From Clostridia bacterium (lineage in GTDB: Bacteria > Bacillota > Clostridia > UMGS1883): a stretch of DNA of 54,981 nucleotides. The stretch spans positions 1 to 54,981 of the forward strand of contig JAZLFH010000053.1 in the NCBI GenBank assembly GCA_045615705.1, given 5' to 3'. The first letter of the stretch is position 1. The number at the start of each line of letters is the position of its first letter. Below, piece by piece: positions 36,508 through 46,673 of the stretch. The position numbers and the translations under genes were made by a program. The notes under the pieces were generated by a model, which worked only from the letters and a program-made list of their open reading frames with translations, was not told where the DNA came from and made no database searches.

Positions 36508-37179
36508 ATGGCTCTTTTAATAATCCGCTCATTCATTCTGTATGTTACCGTAATTTTTGCTATGCGTCTTATGGGGAAAAGGCAACTCGGCGAACTCCAA
36601 CCCACCGAACTTGTAATTGCTTTTATGATTTCAGACTTGGCGTCTGTTCCCATGCAGAGCAAAGATATTTCACTTCTTGACGGTATTATTCCCATTTTTA
36701 CACTTGTAGTCAGTGAAATTATCTTTTCGTTTTTGATTATGAAAAGCCGGACTGTCAGAAAACTTTTTTCGGGCTCTCCCGAATCAATAATAAAAAACGG
36801 AAAAATTATTGAAAAGAACTTGGAACGGCTTAGAATTAACACCGATGACTTGCTGGAACAACTTCGTTTAAGCGGTTACTATGATTTAAATGAAATCCAC
36901 TCGGCAATGCTTGAAACAAACGGGCAGATAAGTATTATACCTAAAAGCACTTCCCGTCCGCTCACTCCAAACGATATGAATATCTCTCCCGATCAGGAAA
37001 AAGTGAGTTTTACCATAATTGCAGACGGCAAGATGCGAAAAAATAACCTTTCCGTGATAGGTGTTGATGAAAAGTGGGTTTATAAAACTTTGTCATCTTA
37101 TAACATTAAAGACATTAAGTCTGTTCTGTTGCTCGTGGCTGACGAGGACAAAAAAATATTTTTGCAAATAAGGGATTGA
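36508..37179 (+). CDS. DUF421 (YetF-like) membrane protein
   Basis: The N-terminus ..RLMGKRQLGELQPTELVIAFMISD.. is characteristic of DUF421. Confidence 0.75.
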   Translation: MALLIIRSFILYVTVIFAMRLMGKRQLGELQPTELVIAFMISDLASVPMQSKDISLLDGIIPIFTLVVSEIIFSFLIMKSRTVRKLFSGSPESIIKNGKIIEKNLERLRINTDDLLEQLRLSGYYDLNEIHSAMLETNGQISIIPKSTSRPLTPNDMNISPDQEKVSFTIIADGKMRKNNLSVIGVDEKWVYKTLSSYNIKDIKSVLLLVADEDKKIFLQIRD

Positions 37180-37562
37180 TTATGAAAAGTTTAATTTGTG
37201 CGTTTTTAATTATTGTATTACTGATTTCTTTTGCCGGATTTGAAAGATATTATTTAAAAAAAATATCCGATGAACTCACAGAAAAAGTTGATTCTGTTTA
37301 TGCTTCGGTAATTTTAAACGACTTTCAAAAGGCTCTTTATGATTTCAACGCTCTTAAAAGCCGTTGGGACAGACACTCAAAATTTCTTTTTATTGTTTCA
37401 TCGCACAGCGAAATTGACGATTACGAGGGAATGCTTAATGAACTTTTTAACTATATTCGTGATGAAGAAAAGGCGGAAGCAATGGCTCTTTGCTCCCACC
37501 TTAAAATGCAGACTGAACACATATATTTTAAAGGCAAAGTTAACATTGAAAACATTCTTTAA
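37176..37562 (+). CDS. DUF4363-like small membrane-anchored protein
   Basis: ATGA overlap with the DUF421 gene, which is its usual partner. N-terminal TM helix. Confidence 0.45.
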   Translation: MIMKSLICAFLIIVLLISFAGFERYYLKKISDELTEKVDSVYASVILNDFQKALYDFNALKSRWDRHSKFLFIVSSHSEIDDYEGMLNELFNYIRDEEKAEAMALCSHLKMQTEHIYFKGKVNIENIL

Positions 37563-38329
37563 ATGCTTGATCTCATGTGCATTAAAGCACTTTTTTCAAG
37601 TCTTGAAACCTGTGCCTGACTTATTCCCACTTCACTTGCCACTTCCATCTGAGTCTTGCCTGAAAAAAAGCGGAGTTTTAAAATACATCTTTCCTTTTCC
37701 GAAAGTTTATCAAGAGCGGTTTTGAGTGAAATGTGTTCAAGCCAGTTTTCGTCAATATTTTTTTCATCTTTTACCTGATCCATTACAAATACGGTATCTG
37801 CACCGTCATGATATATCGGTTCGTAAAGTGAAACGGGTTCTTGAATTGCGTCCAATGCAAAGCATACATCTTCTTTTTTAACATCAAGTTCTTTTGCTAT
37901 TTCTTCTATTGTTACTTCTCTGCCCTTTTCTCTCATCAGCCTTTCTCTTGCTCCTAATGCCTTGTATGCGATATCTCTCAGCGAGCGAGAAACTCTGACC
38001 GAGTTATTATCACGAAGATAACGGCGAATTTCACCTATTATCATCGGAACTGCATAGGTAGAAAACTGCACATTTTGGCTCAAATCAAAATTGTCTATCG
38101 CCTTGATAAGACCAATACACCCAACCTGAAATAAATCGTCCGCCTGTTCATTTCTGTTTGAAAATTTTCCTATTACACTTAAAACAAGCCTCAAATTTTT
38201 GCGAATAAACTCCTCCCTTGCATCTTTGTCGCCACTTTTGATTTTTACAAAAAGTTCGTCCTTCTCTTTTTTTGTCAGTGTGGGAAGCTTTGAAGTATTT
38301 ACACCGCATATTTCAACTTTGTTAATCAT
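37559..38329 (-). CDS. sigG: sporulation sigma factor SigG
   Basis: MINKVEICGVNTSKLPTLTKKEKDELF N-terminus and sigma-70 regions 2-4. GGAGG RBS before the ATG at 38329. Confidence 0.85.
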   Translation of the reverse strand: MINKVEICGVNTSKLPTLTKKEKDELFVKIKSGDKDAREEFIRKNLRLVLSVIGKFSNRNEQADDLFQVGCIGLIKAIDNFDLSQNVQFSTYAVPMIIGEIRRYLRDNNSVRVSRSLRDIAYKALGARERLMREKGREVTIEEIAKELDVKKEDVCFALDAIQEPVSLYEPIYHDGADTVFVMDQVKDEKNIDENWLEHISLKTALDKLSEKERCILKLRFFSGKTQMEVASEVGISQAQVSRLEKSALMHMRSSI

Positions 38330-38392
38330 AAAAAACCTCCGTAAAAAGAATTTCGTATAACAAATTCTTCCCACAAAGGTTTTTTTTATGCT

Positions 38393-39106
38393 CTATTGAG
38401 CATTTTTTAATATATCTTTTTTAAGGCGGGATATTATTCTTTTTTCAAGTCTTGATATGTAACTTTGGCTTATTCCGAGCATATCGGCAACTTCTTTTTG
38501 TGTCTTTTCCCTGCCGCCGGACAGTCCAAACCTTAAATCCATAATCCGTTTTTCTCTTTTTGAAAGTTTTTTTATGGCATTAAAAAGTATTTCTATCTCT
38601 GCTTCCTTGTCAAGGTTTGAGTCAACTTCGGTATCGGAGCCCAAAATATCGCACAAAAGCAGTTCATTCCCGTCAATATCCGTGTTTAGCGGTTCGTCAA
38701 GCGAAATCTCTGTTTTTTTAGAACTGTTTTTCCTCAGATACATCAAAATTTCGTTTTCAATACAACGAGATGCGTATGTAGCAAGTTTGATGTTCTTTTC
38801 GGGCGAAAATGTGTTTACTGCTTTAATCAAACCGATAGTCCCGATGGAGATTAAGTCCTCCAAAAAAACTCCCGTATTTTCAAATTTTCTTGCTATGTAC
38901 ACCACAAGACGAAGGTTGTGTTCGATGAGTGTGCTTTTCGACTTTTCATCATCTATACTCTTGATATAAAACTCTTCATCTTCTTTTGAAAGCGGCGGCG
39001 GAAGTGTATCGCTTCCGCATATATAGTATATTCCTCTTTCAATTTTAAGTTTTTCAAAAAAGGCAACACATTTTAAAATTATACTTAGTTTTTTATCTTC
39101 TCGCAT
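38393..39106 (-). CDS. sigE: sporulation sigma factor SigE (pro-sigma-E)
   Basis: [22 protein letters not shown] pro-sequence junction and [13 protein letters not shown]. It lies immediately downstream of spoIIGA. Confidence 0.9.
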   Translation of the reverse strand: MREDKKLSIILKCVAFFEKLKIERGIYYICGSDTLPPPLSKEDEEFYIKSIDDEKSKSTLIEHNLRLVVYIARKFENTGVFLEDLISIGTIGLIKAVNTFSPEKNIKLATYASRCIENEILMYLRKNSSKKTEISLDEPLNTDIDGNELLLCDILGSDTEVDSNLDKEAEIEILFNAIKKLSKREKRIMDLRFGLSGGREKTQKEVADMLGISQSYISRLEKRIISRLKKDILKNAQ

Positions 39107-40035
39107 TATAAAATACCCCCTACATTTTTTGCTACATCAATGCTCAGCAGTGCTTGATAATTTTTGTCAAAGGATAGTTTGTTCTTGTAAACAGCTACTG
39201 TAAATCCGCTTAAATCCTCTGTTTTTCCCTCACTTAAAAGTTTCATTTCATCGGGCAGAAATCCTATTAAAATTCCTTTTTCCCTGCCGAGAGAAGAAAA
39301 CGGAATAAGCCTTATTTTAAGCCCTGATTCTTCTAAAATATCACTTGATGCCACGATATTTTTTTCATCTACCGTTTCAAAAAGAATCTTTGCCTCGCTT
39401 GATAAAATATCTTTTATGCTTTCATACTCGACAACTATTACAGGTGCTCCGCTTATTGGGTCTGAAAGTGCATTTCCGCTGTCTAAAAGTGCCAAAAATT
39501 CCGTTTCGTTTTTTCCGAGTTTTATTTTTACCGGAAGTATCAAGTTTTTTCTTACAAGATTTCTGCCTATAAAAAATGATGCAACCTTAATGAATATGTA
39601 GCAAACAATACACGCTATAAAAAGCATCTGCCACGGAAGATTAAAATACAATATTCCGTTAGAATATATCGCTCCGAGTCTTTTCCCCCAATCGGTAAAA
39701 TAGAATATACAAAGAATCGCTCCCGCAAGAGAAATGCTGACAAGATAAAACGAAAGGCACATTCGGATAAACGATTTTATACTGTATATTTTAAATGCGA
39801 CCGTAAGCATTAAAAGAGATATTATTACCTTGCCGAGTCCCGAATAAAAAACCGAAAGTCTTGGGAAAAACATACAGACCGCATACACCGCTCCAAGCAT
39901 CGCCGAAAGGATAAGTCTTATCGGACTTGCTTTTATCGTTGCAAGTTTTGCACTTAAAGACAGTATTATGTAATTTATTATCATGTTCGTCAAAAAAAGA
40001 ACATCTATATATACGCTCATTTTTTTCACCGCCAT
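39106..40035 (-). CDS. spoIIGA: sigma-E processing peptidase SpoIIGA
   Basis: Five N-terminal TM helices ([14 protein letters not shown]...), the [11 protein letters not shown] aspartic protease motif, and the conserved gene order. An alternative start exists at 40020. Confidence 0.85.
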   Translation of the reverse strand: MAVKKMSVYIDVLFLTNMIINYIILSLSAKLATIKASPIRLILSAMLGAVYAVCMFFPRLSVFYSGLGKVIISLLMLTVAFKIYSIKSFIRMCLSFYLVSISLAGAILCIFYFTDWGKRLGAIYSNGILYFNLPWQMLFIACIVCYIFIKVASFFIGRNLVRKNLILPVKIKLGKNETEFLALLDSGNALSDPISGAPVIVVEYESIKDILSSEAKILFETVDEKNIVASSDILEESGLKIRLIPFSSLGREKGILIGFLPDEMKLLSEGKTEDLSGFTVAVYKNKLSFDKNYQALLSIDVAKNVGGIL

Positions 40036-40136
40036 TATTTTAGCAAACGAGCATTGTTTTTTTTGTCAAAAGAAAGTAGCAATTTAAAAAAAAATTGCAA
40101 CAAAAAAAGAGGTTTTTATTTAAAACCTCTTTTCTG

Positions 40137-41498
40137 CTATCTAAAAAGCCAATAATTTATCATTTTTTTAGCAATCGGACAACACGCCGAACCACTTTTT
40201 CCGCAAGATTCCATCATGACGGCTACCGCTATTTCGGGATTGTCTTTCGGTGCAAATGCTATAAACCAAGAATGGTCTTTTCCGGTTGCATTTTCCGCCG
40301 TTCCCGTTTTTCCGCAAACTTCTATACCGGGAATCCTTGCTCCCGTACCTGTTCCCGTCTTGCAACACTCTGCCATGTATTCTTTTATGTATGGAGTAAT
40401 ACTTTTGTCAAATGCGGTAGAAAGAACACTCGGCCTCGCGGAATACACTACCTTTCCTCCCTTTGACAGTGCCGTCTGCACAAGATACGGTTTCATCATA
40501 ACTCCGTCATTTGCAACCGCACTTGCCACAAGTGCCATATTAAGAGGAGTTACTAAAATTTTACCTTGTCCCATTCCGACAGACGCCAAATCCGTCTTAC
40601 TCATAAATGTATATGGAAATTTCGACTGAGAAAGCGACAAATCAAAGTCTATTTCTTTTCCTACCATAAAATCACCGGTAACAGACTTTACATTTTTCTC
40701 TCCGAGTTCGGTAGCCAATGAACAAAACATTACATTGCTTGACTTTGCAAATCCTTTTTTAAGGTCTAATTCGCCGTATATGTGTCCGTCATAGTTTTTA
40801 AACTCTTTGCCGTCAATTTTTACTTTGCCTTCGTCATTTACCGTATAATCACTAAGTCCGTTTTTAACAGCACTTACCGCAATTATGGTTTTAAATGTGG
40901 AACCGGGCGGATAAAGTCCCTTGGTTGCTCTTGCAAGAAACGGTGAATTGTCGTCTTCCGATAAATCCGGCCAATTTTTTATCAGCATATCTTCATTTGC
41001 GTCAAATGTGGGATTTGAATAAAGGCACAAAACCTCGCCTGTTTTCGGATTTATCGCAACTGCCGAGCCTATCGCCGAGCCGAGTGCTTGTTGTGCGACT
41101 TTTGTAAGTCCATGGTCTATCGAAAGAACAAGACTTGCCCCGTTTTTCTCGTCAGAATGAAGTAATAAGTCATACTCTGTCGTCAAATATGTGTTATATG
41201 TTAATTCAAGGTTTGTCTTTCCGTAGGTTCTTGAATTATATCCTATTACATGAGTGTAGAGGTCCTTAAACGGGTATCTTCGCTTTTTGTTCTCGCTTAA
41301 AGCAAGTATTGTTCCCGTCCTGTCCATAATGCTTCCTCTTACAACAGAATCTTCGTTTTCCCATATTCTTTTGTTGTAACTTGACTTTATTACTTTATCT
41401 GCCCTAAACACTTCAAAGTATGTTAAAAACAAGGTAAGCGACAATAAAAGCACACATATAACGGAAAAAACGGTAATAATTCTTTTGTTACAGTTCAT
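40137..41498 (-). CDS. class B penicillin-binding protein / peptidoglycan D,D-transpeptidase
   Basis: STFK, SSN and KTGT motifs, plus an N-terminal TM anchor. Confidence 0.85.
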   Translation of the reverse strand: MNCNKRIITVFSVICVLLLSLTLFLTYFEVFRADKVIKSSYNKRIWENEDSVVRGSIMDRTGTILALSENKKRRYPFKDLYTHVIGYNSRTYGKTNLELTYNTYLTTEYDLLLHSDEKNGASLVLSIDHGLTKVAQQALGSAIGSAVAINPKTGEVLCLYSNPTFDANEDMLIKNWPDLSEDDNSPFLARATKGLYPPGSTFKTIIAVSAVKNGLSDYTVNDEGKVKIDGKEFKNYDGHIYGELDLKKGFAKSSNVMFCSLATELGEKNVKSVTGDFMVGKEIDFDLSLSQSKFPYTFMSKTDLASVGMGQGKILVTPLNMALVASAVANDGVMMKPYLVQTALSKGGKVVYSARPSVLSTAFDKSITPYIKEYMAECCKTGTGTGARIPGIEVCGKTGTAENATGKDHSWFIAFAPKDNPEIAVAVMMESCGKSGSACCPIAKKMINYWLFR

Positions 41499-42732
41499 TT
41501 GTCATCTCGCCTGCCTTTCCCGAAATGCCTTGCAGTATTCCCAAAAGTGCAAAGGTTGAAATCATACTCGAACCGCCGTAACTTATAAACGGAAGCGTGA
41601 TTCCCGTAAGCGGAATAAGTTTTATAACTCCGCCTATTATTATAAATGTCTGAAATCCCAATATTGATGAAATTCCAAAAGCCACCGCTTTATTAAACGG
41701 ATTCGTAGCTGAAAGTGCAATTTTAAATCCACGATACACTATCAAAAAGTATATCATAATAACCGCTACTCCACCCAAAAGCCCCATTTCCTCGCAAATT
41801 GCGGAAAATATGAAATCACTGTGAACTTCGGGTATGAAGTACGGACTGCCAAGTCCTATTCCTTTTCCCATAACACCACCCTCGCCTATTGCAAAAAGGG
41901 ACTGTGTTATTTGATATCCGCTTCCTGCCATATCAGCATAAGGATCAATCCACACATCTATTCTTTTTCTTATGTGAGGAAGGACCATAGAACCTGCCAC
42001 TCCGCACAAAAAGGCAGATGAAACATTAATAAGTACATACATTTTTGAATTTGAAAAGACAACTGCATAACCAATAAACACCATAATGAAAAGCATTAGT
42101 GTTCCCCATTCTCTTTGAAGCACTAAAAATCCCATATTCATTACGAAAACAGCATCTGCCGTAATCAGTCTTTTTTTGTTAGTGTTAAACAGTATTCCTT
42201 TATTTTCAACCCCTGAAAATATTGCGGAAAAAGCAAGCACAAAAAGTATTTTAATAAACTCTGACGGCTGAATTGAACGCACTCCGCCTATTGAAATCCA
42301 GTTTTTTGCTCCTTTGTGCGTTGTACCGAAAAGAAGCGTTAAGGTATAAAGCAGTGCCGAAACAGATGTCGCCAAAACAGAAACGCCGTACCATTTTTTT
42401 ACGCTCTTATAGATAAATGCGACCACCAAAAAGCACATAACTCCTGCAACAAACCACAGTGCCTGCGTTATTCCGTAGTTGCTTTTCAATCTTAAAAGAA
42501 CTGTTATTCCGATTGTAGCAAGGAGCGATGATGCTAAAAGAAGATATGAATCTCCAAGTTCAATCGTTGATGCCAAAAGATATGCTATAAGCGTAGAAAA
42601 GAACACCGCTCCAAGCATTATGTAAACTTCTGCATCCAAGAAAGTCCCTCTTGACACATTAATGCACATTGCACTTATTAAATTTATCAGAAACAGCAGC
42701 CAAAGCGGTCTTGCCGCTTTTTTGGTACTCAT
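41488..42732 (-). CDS. FtsW/RodA/SpoVE family glycosyltransferase
   Basis: About 10 TM helices, with SEF.K and PLTGITLPFISYGGSS motifs. Confidence 0.85.
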   Translation of the reverse strand: MSTKKAARPLWLLFLINLISAMCINVSRGTFLDAEVYIMLGAVFFSTLIAYLLASTIELGDSYLLLASSLLATIGITVLLRLKSNYGITQALWFVAGVMCFLVVAFIYKSVKKWYGVSVLATSVSALLYTLTLLFGTTHKGAKNWISIGGVRSIQPSEFIKILFVLAFSAIFSGVENKGILFNTNKKRLITADAVFVMNMGFLVLQREWGTLMLFIMVFIGYAVVFSNSKMYVLINVSSAFLCGVAGSMVLPHIRKRIDVWIDPYADMAGSGYQITQSLFAIGEGGVMGKGIGLGSPYFIPEVHSDFIFSAICEEMGLLGGVAVIMIYFLIVYRGFKIALSATNPFNKAVAFGISSILGFQTFIIIGGVIKLIPLTGITLPFISYGGSSMISTFALLGILQGISGKAGEMTNEL

Positions 42733-43184
42733 AAATTCTCCTTCAAAGTGGGTTTGACAAATAAAAACTTCAACCCGCCTATTTCAATTTTATCGCCATC
42801 GCACAGTTCCAACGCATCATCTGTAAGTTTTTCGCCGTTTAGAAGAGTTCCGTTTGTACTTTCCAAGTCCTCAATGAAAAAACTTTCGTCTTCTTTAAAA
42901 ATCCTCATATGTCTGTCTGAAAGAAACGGATTTTTTATTGTGATTGTATTTGACCTTCCCCTTCCAACCGTTACTTCGTCCTCTATTTCATAACTCTCGC
43001 TTATGGGAAAATCAAACTCCTGCCTTAAATTCACAAGTTTTAAGTATGCTTGTGCATATCCGCCTTTTTTTCTCCCCATAGTTCTTATGTCGAGGAAAAT
43101 CATACGAATAATTGCGTAAATAAACAGATAAATCATTGTTATGAACGCATAAGTCAAAACTTTTGAAATTATTCCACGCATCAA
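42729..43184 (-). CDS. FHA domain protein with N-terminal TM helix
   Basis: GRGRSNTITIKNPFLSDRHMRIF...STNGTLLNGEKL. Confidence 0.8.
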   Translation of the reverse strand: MMRGIISKVLTYAFITMIYLFIYAIIRMIFLDIRTMGRKKGGYAQAYLKLVNLRQEFDFPISESYEIEDEVTVGRGRSNTITIKNPFLSDRHMRIFKEDESFFIEDLESTNGTLLNGEKLTDDALELCDGDKIEIGGLKFLFVKPTLKENL

Positions 43185-43227
43185 AGTCCCTCTTTCCCTT
43201 TAAATTATAAATCAAACAAACTACACA

Positions 43228-43254
43228 TAAAAAAGGGGGCAAATATGCCCCCCG
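43228..43254 (-). terminator. intrinsic terminator after the acyl-CoA synthetase gene
   Basis: On the minus strand, GGGGGGCATATTTGCCCCC followed by TTTTTT. Confidence 0.7.
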
Positions 43255-43276
43255 CAGAGCATATGAAAACTTTTTC

Positions 43277-44911
43277 TCAGCTCTTAATCTGTGCTTCAAC
43301 AAGTCTTACTCCGCAATACTTTTCACGAAGTCTCGGTTTTTCAATTTTTCCTGTCGGATTTCTCGGAATATCGTCAAAGATAATCCTTCTCGGTCTTTTA
43401 TATCTCGGAAGTGCTTCACAGAACTTGTCCACATCGGATTCGGTAAGTGTGCAATTTGGTTTTACCTCAATAATTGCCGCCGAAATTTCGCCAAGTCTGT
43501 GGTCGGGCATTCCGATTACTGCGACATCTTTTACCGCATCATTTAACCGAATGAAATCTTCTATCTGTACCGGGTAAATATTCTCTCCTCCCGAAATTAT
43601 AACATCTTTTTTTCGGTCAACCAAGAATATAAACCCGTCCTTATCACGCATTGCCATATCTCCGGTGTAGAGCCAGCCGTCTTTTAAAACCGCTTTGGTT
43701 GCTTCTTCATCACGGTAGTAGCATTTCATAACGCCATCGCCCTTTACCAAAAGTTCGCCGACATTTTCGCCCTCTGCCTCGTTGCCGTTTTCATCAACAA
43801 TTTTTACTTGCCAGCCATAACCTGCCTTGCCGATTGCCCCGACTTTATCAATGTTTTCCACACCAAGATGTACGCAACCCGGTCCTATTGACTCACTAAG
43901 TCCGTAATTTGTATCATACTGATGGTTCGGGAAATACTTCTTCCACCTCTTGATAAGGCTTGGCGGAACGGGTTGAGCACCTATGTGCATTAATCTCCAT
44001 TTTGACAAATCATAATTTTCAAGTTTTATTTCTCCGCTTTCGACAGCATCTAAAATATCCTGTGCCCACGGAACCAACAGCCAAACAATGCTTGCTTTTT
44101 CTTCACTTGCGGTATTTATAATCCACTCGGGCTTTACTCCCTTTAAAAGTACCGCCTTACTTCCCGAAAGAAGTGAGCCGAACCAGTGCATTTTTGCCCC
44201 TGTATGATAAAGTGGCGGTATGCACAAAAAGTTATCTTCACGGGTTTGCCCGTGGTGGTTTTGCTCGACTTTGCAAGAGTGCATTAAACTCTTGTGGTCA
44301 TGCAGTATTGCTTTTGGAAATCCCGTAGTCCCCGATGAAAAATAAATTGCGGCATCGTCTGAATCGTCTATTTCAATGTCCTTATCGGAATTGTTCGTGC
44401 CTTCAATTAATTTTTCAAAACTAAGTGCGAACTCCGGACAAGCATCACCGACAAAAATAAGTTTTTTCGCCGTGTTATAATCTTTGTATAATTCTTTTAC
44501 CCTCTCGGTAAATTCAGGTCCGAACACAAGGCAGTCTGACTCCGAAAGGTCAAGACAGTACTTTATTTCATCACTTGCGTATCTGAAATTCATAGGTACC
44601 GCAAGTGCCCCCGTTTTTAAAATTCCAAAGTAAATCGGCAACCATTCAAGGCAATTCATCAATAAAATTGCAACCTTTTTGCCCTTTGTTATTCCGTTTT
44701 TTAAAAGTGCGTCAGCAAACGAATTCGAAAGTGAATTAAACTTGCCCCATGTAATTTCCCGCCTGTAACTTTCGCTTGTCAATGGCTCAACTAAGTCAAA
44801 TTCACTCCAATTTCTTTTTGCCGGTTTTTTCAGTGCCGGATTTACCTCGACCAATGCAACTTCTTCGCCGTAAAGCGAAGCGTTTTTTTCCAAAATCTTT
44901 GTTATAGGCAT
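43277..44911 (-). CDS. AMP-dependent synthetase/ligase (acyl-CoA synthetase family)
   Basis: YFSSGTTGFPKAILHDH AMP-binding motif, YTGD, and GKIEKPRLRE C-terminal Lys motif. Confidence 0.85.
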   Translation of the reverse strand: MPITKILEKNASLYGEEVALVEVNPALKKPAKRNWSEFDLVEPLTSESYRREITWGKFNSLSNSFADALLKNGITKGKKVAILLMNCLEWLPIYFGILKTGALAVPMNFRYASDEIKYCLDLSESDCLVFGPEFTERVKELYKDYNTAKKLIFVGDACPEFALSFEKLIEGTNNSDKDIEIDDSDDAAIYFSSGTTGFPKAILHDHKSLMHSCKVEQNHHGQTREDNFLCIPPLYHTGAKMHWFGSLLSGSKAVLLKGVKPEWIINTASEEKASIVWLLVPWAQDILDAVESGEIKLENYDLSKWRLMHIGAQPVPPSLIKRWKKYFPNHQYDTNYGLSESIGPGCVHLGVENIDKVGAIGKAGYGWQVKIVDENGNEAEGENVGELLVKGDGVMKCYYRDEEATKAVLKDGWLYTGDMAMRDKDGFIFLVDRKKDVIISGGENIYPVQIEDFIRLNDAVKDVAVIGMPDHRLGEISAAIIEVKPNCTLTESDVDKFCEALPRYKRPRRIIFDDIPRNPTGKIEKPRLREKYCGVRLVEAQIKS

Positions 44912-44984
44912 AATTTTCTACCATCCTTCCTTACTTCTCCTACATTATACACCATATTTTTGATTTTGTGAATACCCTTTTTTC

Positions 44985-46349
44985 TTATTGCATATCGGGC
45001 AGATATTTCAGGGCTTCTTTAAGTTCATCATCTGACGGAATGTAGTTTTCCATCTTATTGTCGTGGAACTTTTCGTATGCATACATATCAAAGTATCCCG
45101 TACCAGTAAGCCCGAATACAATAACCTTTTTCTCGCCCGTTTCTTTGCATTTAATTGCTTCGTCAACAGCAACTTTTATTGCATGAGCACTTTCGGGAGC
45201 CGGAAGAATTCCTTCTACTCGTGCAAATTTCTCGGCAGCCTCAAATACATCGGTCTGTGCTACCGATACTGCTTTCATAATCTTATCATCGTAAAGTTGT
45301 GATACAACCGGGCTCATTCCGTGATATCTGAGTCCGCCTGCATGGTTGGGAGCAGGAATAAATCCGCTTCCGAGCGTGTACATCTTTGCAAGAGGACAAA
45401 CTCTTCCCGTATCGCAATAGTCATAGGCGTACACGCCTCTGGTAAGGCTTGGACAAGATGAAGGTTCAACCGCTATAATTTCGCAATCATGTGTTTTCAA
45501 TATCTTATCTCGTGCAAACGGTGCAACAAGTCCTATTAAATTTGAGCCACCGCCTGCACAACCGATTACAATGTCGGGCTTTACTCCGTATTTATCAAGT
45601 GCAGCCTTTGTTTCAAGTCCTATTATTGATTGATGAAGCGTTACCTGATTTAAAACACTTCCCAAAACATATCTGTATCCCTCGTGAGTCGTTGCGGTTT
45701 CTACTGCTTCTGAAATCGCACAACCAAGACTTCCGCCTGTTCCCGGGTGTTCCGCAATAATTTTTCTTCCCACCTCGGTGTTTTCGGAAGGAGATGGCGT
45801 AACGGTTGCTCCGTAAGTACGCATTACTTCACGGCGAAACGGTTTTTGCTGATAAGAAACTTTTACCATAAACACATTACATTCAAGTCCGAAATACGAA
45901 CACGCCATGGAAAGTGCCGTTCCCCACTGTCCTGCACCCGTTTCGGTTGTTACTCCTTTAAGCCCTTGTTTTTTTGCGTAATATGCTTGTGCAATGGCAG
46001 AATTAAGTTTGTGAGAACCGCTTGTGTTATTTCCCTCAAACTTATAATAAATCTCTGCGGGAGTATCAAGCATTTTTTCCAGACAATACGCTCTTACAAG
46101 CGGAGACGGACGATACATTTTATAAAAATCCCGTATCTCCTTCGGAATTTCAAAATATGCCGTAGAATCGTCTATCTCTTGGATAGCAAGTTCTGTGCAA
46201 AAAACCTTTGAAAGTTCTTCAAGTGTACTCGGCTCTTTTGTTATGGGATTTAAAAGAGGAGCGGGTTTATTTTTCATATCTGCACGAAGATTGTACCACG
46301 CTTTTGGCATTTCGCTCTCTTCAAGATAAATTTTGTAAGGTATTTCCAT
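44985..46349 (-). CDS. trpB: TrpB-like PLP enzyme (tryptophan synthase beta, type 2)
   Basis: GNNTSGSHKLNSA (PLP Lys), GAGQWG, GCAGGGSN. Stand-alone, with no trpA adjacent. The start at 46349 (MEIPYKIYL) is preferred over 46397. Confidence 0.8.
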   Translation of the reverse strand: MEIPYKIYLEESEMPKAWYNLRADMKNKPAPLLNPITKEPSTLEELSKVFCTELAIQEIDDSTAYFEIPKEIRDFYKMYRPSPLVRAYCLEKMLDTPAEIYYKFEGNNTSGSHKLNSAIAQAYYAKKQGLKGVTTETGAGQWGTALSMACSYFGLECNVFMVKVSYQQKPFRREVMRTYGATVTPSPSENTEVGRKIIAEHPGTGGSLGCAISEAVETATTHEGYRYVLGSVLNQVTLHQSIIGLETKAALDKYGVKPDIVIGCAGGGSNLIGLVAPFARDKILKTHDCEIIAVEPSSCPSLTRGVYAYDYCDTGRVCPLAKMYTLGSGFIPAPNHAGGLRYHGMSPVVSQLYDDKIMKAVSVAQTDVFEAAEKFARVEGILPAPESAHAIKVAVDEAIKCKETGEKKVIVFGLTGTGYFDMYAYEKFHDNKMENYIPSDDELKEALKYLPDMQ

Positions 46350-46375
46350 ATAACCAAATCCTTTCTTTGTAAAAC

Positions 46376-46638
46376 TAAAAAAGTCCCATCCCGACACTTG
46401 CCGGGACAGGACATATCCTGCGTTGCCACCCTGCTTGGCGAATAATCGCCCACTCAGTGCATACTTTCATATGCCGCCTTTGTTAACGAAGATGCTGCTC
46501 CGTCTCGCATACTCCGATTTTACTCGTTTGTGCTTGCCCTCCAAAGCCCATTCAGTCATATATTTTCTGTTGCAATCCCACCGCCTGCAACTCTCTTTGA
46601 GAAAAGTGATAAGACCTACTTACTCTTTTTCAACGGTT
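46376..46638 (-). promoter_or_regulatory. T-box leader (probably tRNA-Trp responsive) with terminator/antiterminator
   Basis: The minus strand shows the stem I AGAGAG motif (46591-46596), the T-box sequence AGCAGGGTGGCAACGCAGGA (46415-46434), and the terminator GTCCCGGCAAGTGTCGGGATGGGAC plus a T-run (46376-46407). TGG triplets lie in the specifier region (46541-46550). Confidence 0.75.
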
Positions 46639-46644
46639 TACTTG

Positions 46645-46673
46645 ATTAAACCACATATTTCATTGTTTGTCAA
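46645..46673 (-). promoter_or_regulatory. sigma-A promoter TTGACA-17-TTTAAT (extended -10 TG) for the T-box/trpB2 transcript
   Basis: -35 at 46673-46668 and -10 at 46650-46645 on the minus strand. It overlaps the apbE 3' end. Confidence 0.55.
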
